Shown: positions 40,967-45,984 of the stretch, one piece after another | Layout of the letters: each line of letters opens with the position of its first letter | Position numbering within the stretch: position 1 is the stretch's first letter | Origin: Chromera velia | Lineage: Eukaryota | Assembly: GCA_018398765.1 (NCBI GenBank) | Contig: JAHBMJ010000516.1 | Span: 1 to 45,984, forward strand | Direction of reading: 5' to 3' | DNA length: 45,984 bases | Made by a program: the position numbers and the translations under genes | Notes under the pieces: model-generated | The model's input: the letters and a program-made list of their open reading frames with translations, nothing else | What the model was told of the DNA's origin: nothing | Database searches by the model: none

Positions 40967-41001
40967 CTGTGTCTGTCTGTCTGTCTGCGTCTGTCTGTCT
41001 A

Positions 41002-41065
<64 letters not shown>

Positions 41066-42022
41066 TGTGTGTCTGTGTGTGTGTTTCTGTGTGTACAGGC
41101 ACGCTGTCTAGTTGCGACCGACGTAGTTGCAAGAGGAATTGACATTGAGCAGTTGGGCCACGTCGTCATCTTTGACGTGCCTGAGAAGCCAGATGACTAC
41201 ATTCACCGAGTGGGTAGAACGGGGCGAGCAGCGAAGAGCGGGGAGGCATTCACGTTTGTGACTCCGAATGACCGTTCCGAGTGGGCTGCGATTGAGAACG
41301 TCGTTCGACGGGGGAACCTGGTGGGTGCGGGGGTGGCGGGACGGCAGGGTACGGGGGTGATTCCCCGCAGACGTTTGGACAATTTTGACTACAGTGTGAA
41401 GGAGACGGAAGCTCTTGAGATTCCTGCGGAGGAAAGAATGAGACGACACAGAGAGCAAATGTTCGCGTCTCGATTGAAGGCAGCCCAGAAGAGATTTGAA
41501 GAATTGCGGAGACGGGGTGTGAAATTGGAGGGAAAGAAGCCGGAGGATTTCGCGACGATAAAGGGGTTGGAGCGATTGAAGCGGATGGTTGAAGAAGGAA
41601 CCGGATTTGGGGGGGGAGGGGGAGGGGGAACGACGACAGACCGTCGTGGAAGTGGGAAGGGAAGCGGAGGGGAAGCACGGCCTGTGCCACTCTTGTGGGA
41701 CAGCTTGAAAAGCAAAGACGGGGGAATGGGCGCATCGCCCCAAGGACCCCCGCCTACCCTCTTGTGGGACAGCTCCAAAAGCAAAGACAGCGGAGTTTCT
41801 GCGCTGCCCCCAAATGAAATGAGTAGACAAGGGGGGCAACGGCGTCCTCATGAGAGTCGGGGAGGAGGAAAAGGAGGAGGGGGACGAGGACGAGGAGGGG
41901 GGGGAGGGGGAGGGAGACCAGCGTCCTCTTCACATATTGGAGAGGAGGGCAGACAGAAGGGTGGAGGCTCACGGGAAAGGGGACCGTCATCTATCAAGCG
42001 CAGAGAAAGCGACATATACTGA
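39082..42022 (+). CDS. DEAD-box RNA helicase, bacterial RhlE-like, with an N-terminal signal-peptide-like leader and a Gly/Arg-rich tail; 2 exons, ~720 aa
   Basis: Exons 39082-40320 and 41099-42022 (AAG|gtcag...tacag|GCA). Motifs: Q motif [61 protein letters not shown]. Confidence 0.93.
40895..41095. repeat. Compound microsatellite (GTGTGC)n/(TG)n/(TCTG)n/(TC)n at the 3' end of the helicase intron
   Basis: Seen directly. Similar compound arrays occur at 31335-31476, 34260-34441 and 37851-37980, each adjoining a 3' splice site. Confidence 0.85.
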
Positions 42023-42499
42023 TAGCCTCAGTGCATTGTAGTTAAACGCAGTTTGATACTCTGAAATATCGCTTCTGTATATGTGTTCATATAAAATCTA
42101 CTTACTATCTAGCTTACTATATCTTTTAAACTTGAATTTCTCGTCTTGAAACAAATATAGCTGCTATTGTATGTTTAGCACTGCATATATGCTCCCCTGC
42201 GCACTATAGTTATACTCAAATGGGTTTTGTCATCAACAAGTATAATTCAAGTATTCAATGATAGACCGTGTAGGCTTAGCCAGGCTGCTAGGCAGGCTGC
42301 TTCCATACAATGAGTTTCAAGTATTTTCATGTCTCTAATAATATAATTTCTATCTTTGGTTAATATATAGTACAGATATTTAGACAGATATATTGCTATG
42401 CGACGCACAGACTGTGGTACAATGATTTTTTTTTACAAAAAAATAGCTAGGTGTTAATAAGTTAAGTTATAAACTTGGAATTCAATTACTCGGCCTCGA

Positions 42500-44135
42500 C
42501 TCTAACATATTGGGGGATAATGGGGGAAAATGGGCCCCCCATATACCCCATTTCTGAAAAATGGGCCATATATTTTTTGAGGGGTACATAAGTGATATGG
42601 AGCTCAAATCTAGGCTCAAATTTAGTCCAAAAATTAGTTTTAAGATTCTTCTAATCATATTTGCTGCTTAGAAAGCCAAAGAATAATTTTGAATACATAA
42701 AAAAAATATATACAGAAATGGGGAAAAAATGGGGTACCCCATTTTCTAATGCCCCATTATTTCAAAATTATAGTATTTTTTAGTGTTTTAATAATTTAAA
42801 GCCTAAAACAAGCTCTAATAGGTTTTTAAACACTTGAACATGCATTATCAATATTTTTAAATGACTCTTTGGTTATTTCAACTATTGATAGGCTGCGATT
42901 CCAATTCTATCTTCAGAGATACAAAAAATTCATCCGCAAAATCATAGTCACCCCACCATTTTCCATCCGTGAGGCCATCTGTCTTCCCCTCAAACCTGGC
43001 CTTACACTCGCTTTCCGCTTCCCCGCTAAAAGCGAAAGCTTCCGGTGTTCCTTCAACATTGGACTAGCGAATCGAAATCTTCGTCTCTTCTGTCAAAGAA
43101 TCATGTTTCTGGAAGAACGCCCTTTTTATGACTGAGCCAACCAGCCTCAGTTGAACCAGGATGATCCCTGGCCAGTCGATAAAGATCAGACATACACTCT
43201 GCCTCACCTGAAGGAAAGTGTCTGGAATCACTTCTCCACACCTGCAAAGTCCTCCTCGGGTGATCTTCAGAACTCTCTCTAGCTTCCGCTTGTGCAGAAA
43301 AAGCTGCTGGCGCAGGAGCTCCCACTCAAACTTTGCTCTCCCGTCCTGTTACAAGGAGCGCCGACAGAGGTCGATCTCTGCCTCCAGTTTCTGCATCATG
43401 CAATGCAAAGATAAATAAACTTGCAAATAGATCTGAAAATTCTGTGAAAGCAAACTAAAATAGATATGCAGCTTTTTGGCTACTTCTTTTGAGGTCTTCT
43501 CCAGACTGACGTTAAGCCGCTCATCCTCCGACAAGTTTCCCGTCTTCATCTTCCTCAGCTTTTTCAGCTTCTTTTTGTCGAGAAGCCCCTCTGCTTTTCC
43601 ATTTGCATGTATGCAATACGTGACAGATACATTCAACAAAATTCAATTGTGAAGAAGAAAGCGCATGCAGAGGCTGATCGTAAAACCCAAACGCCGGACA
43701 GAGCCAAATGAGACAGTACCGCTGCCACCGCAGCACTTTAAGACCGGCTGACCTTTCTATTGAAAAACGGGCACCCCCTGCTCAAGGACTCAGACAAGGA
43801 GTGTCTCCCTCACCAAAGGTTTGAGCCAGAGAATATCGTCAAAGAGATGGCAACAAAGAGATGTTTTCAATCCTTTGCAGAAGATGATTGATGCGAAGAA
43901 TTGTGTAGAAACTGTGTATAGTGGGTCAAAACATGTACGTCACATTCACTACTATTCTTTAAACTTATATTTCTCTCTATATATATAGTTTAGCAAAGGG
44001 AAACATAGTAAAAATAAAAGTTTGAGAGTCAATAAACCTTCTAATACCGCTTTAGAAGTTGTTTTAATGTTCTAATATTAAAAAAAGAATAATTCTAGAG
44101 GTCTCCATTTTTACCCCATTTTACCCTATTTTCAA
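42500..44135. mobile_element. Putative non-autonomous DNA transposon: AAAATGGG/CCCATTTT subterminal repeats flanking a decayed coding-like interior
   Basis: Clusters of ggggaaaatggg/cccattt at 42510-42760 and the complementary ccatttttaccccattttaccctatttt at 44105-44132. The interior 42870-43900 is GC-richer and coding-like, with stops. Confidence 0.35.
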
Positions 44136-44136
44136 G

Positions 44137-45178
44137 TAGGGCTGGGAAAAGGTTCATTGAAAAAAGGTTCAAATCTGAAAAAGTGAACCTGTTGAATCTG
44201 TTTTGAACCTGTTGAACCTGTTTTGAACCTGTTTTGGAGGCCAGACGCGCCCAGNNNNNNNNNNNGGGGGGGGGGAGGCCCCTTCTAGGGCCCCTCCCAC
44301 CGTTCTGCAGAGCTACCAGCACCCTAAGAGGGGGGATGTGTTGATATTCCGCTGTGGGCCAAACGTTCTCTTTGTCGGTATGCAGGGAAAGCTTGAGATT
44401 GTGTGCACCTTTTCCAAGAGGGGGGTTCCAATGATAACGGTACGATGGTTAAAAATTTCATACATGGGGACTGAGTACAACACCGGGCAGGCTCCGAAGT
44501 GGACGAGGGGGGGGTTGAAAAAGAATGTTGCTCCTCATGCGAAGTATAAAGCAGGTGATACAATATTGCCAATTCATATGATCGGGTGTACTGATAAGTA
44601 TTCGAAAACAGAGTTTCAATCCGATTTTATGTGGCAAAAGGTTAGAACGAATGCAAACCCAGATGTTTGGGTGCCACCCGCGGTAGCTGGGAGCGGTGGG
44701 GACCATGGGGGGGAGCAGGGGGGGGAGGCAACAGGCCAGGCCGGGAGCAGCAGGTCAAAGAGGCGGCGGTGCACGGAGAGGGAAGGGGGGAGCGGAGGCC
44801 GCGGGGCAACCGGTGAGCAGATAAAAGAAAGAAAGAAACGCTGTGACGGTCTTATATTGACTAAATTGTCATGATTGATACGATCATATAAATTTAATTA
44901 TAGTATTTTCCAATTTTTTCAGGCTTTTTTGATTACTAATTTTCAACTATAAACAGTGAATAACTTGAGATTAGCACCTAATGTGAGCGTAAATATTGAT
45001 TTAAACTATTTAAAAACACTACTAAGGCATAGATTCTATAATAAAACGTTCTAAAAATGCATTAAAACCTAATTTAAAGGCATAAAATAACATGAAAAAA
45101 TGAGGTTTCTATTAATTAAAAGTGAACATGTTTTTGAACCTGTTTTTAAACCTGATTCAGGTTCATTAATAGGGGTGT
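44137..45178. mobile_element. Putative DNA-transposon remnant with TTGAACCTG subterminal repeats around an ORF fragment; contains an assembly gap (N 44255-44265)
   Basis: Begins TAGGGCTGGG. The unit gaacctgtt(tt) is tandemly repeated at 44185-44236 and recurs at 45124-45154. Interior ORF 44338-44874 has no family I recognise. Confidence 0.35.
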
Positions 45179-45184
45179 AAGAAT

Positions 45185-45984
45185 GGGGGGGGGGGTGTGT
45201 TCGAGCTCTTAGGACTCCAGATCCGACGGGGTCCCCCCCGTTCGAGCTCTAGGGAGATCAGACCCCTGTAAACGGGGACCCCCCCGTTCGGAGAGCTCTA
45301 AGTGAGAAAAAGTGCTAGGTTATGAAGACAACCTAGATGATGACCTTTATGAAGCCTAAACTATTCTTAACTCTAACTCAAAACATATTAAAACTTCTGA
45401 AATTCTAGCTAAAATCTTCTTGTAACATTTTGTAACTTAAATAAAATTAACTTTAGCATCAATTAAATTCAACTCTGTCATGAGGTGTCATTAATCAGCT
45501 TGTGATATAGACATTAGGTGATCGATGTGCCCTTATGTATCAGAACAGTCGTTGTACGCCTGCAGAAACGCAGCCAAAATTCTCTTGAAAGGACTTTAGA
45601 GGGAAAGATAATGAAAAAATTAATGGTCGGCAACGGATCAGCGATTTCAATGGGGTCCGGGCTTGAGCAGCAGAATCAGTAGCAGTGAGCGGTGTGATGG
45701 TATCACAGTCAGCAGCAGTGTAAGGCAAGAAAAAACAGAACAACCGCACAAGAAAGCGACTGTTCACACTGTCAGAAGGCGGGGCATGGCGGGGCAGATG
45801 AATCATTCAGTGATAGACTCAAAAAATTAATTTTGATCGCGCGCACGAACTCTATGCGTCCCTCCCCCCCCGTTCGATCTGATGGGTCCCCCCCCCTGTT
45901 CGCGCTCTGCGGCCCCGTCCGAAGGACGGGGTCCCCCCGTCGGGCAGGCTCCTGCCTGCCCTGCCGATGGGGTCCCCCCCCCCC
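45185..45984. repeat. GC-rich GGGGTCCCCCC(GTTCG) repeat units at both ends of an AT-rich core (transposon-like, truncated by the window end)
   Basis: ggggtcccccc / ggggacccccc plus gttcgagctct units at 45195-45300, and again at 45864-45984. Confidence 0.45.

Noticed and set aside
44185..44236. Short tandem repeats resembling a CRISPR array
   Set aside because: Units are 9-11 nt with no unique spacers, there are no cas genes, and the context is eukaryotic.

Overview
Intron-rich eukaryotic genomic DNA with GT-AG introns full of (TC)n/(TG)n microsatellites. Gene content and style point to a photosynthetic relative of apicomplexans (a chromerid such as Chromera); this is inference. By hand-splicing I recover six genes in three head-to-head pairs, each pair sharing a short GC-rich spacer. 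Pair 1: a fused beta-alpha cobalt-type nitrile hydratase (-, 5 exons, ~483 aa) and a ~2,450-aa RNI-like LRR + EDR1 + TKL kinase + RanBP2-ZnF protein resembling Toxoplasma TKL1 (+, ~25 exons). Pair 2: GCN5 histone acetyltransferase (-) and TFIIH p52/Tfb2 (+). Pair 3: a frameshifted, stand-alone homologue of the deaminase-like N-terminal domain of long bacterial RluA proteins (-) and an RhlE-like DEAD-box helicase (+), both with signal-peptide-like leaders. Convergent gene ends and the window edges hold AT-rich, TpA-rich blocks with inverted-repeat, transposon-like elements whose mismatches show a CpA->TpA (RIP-like) bias. Most ORFs in the six-frame track are spurious.
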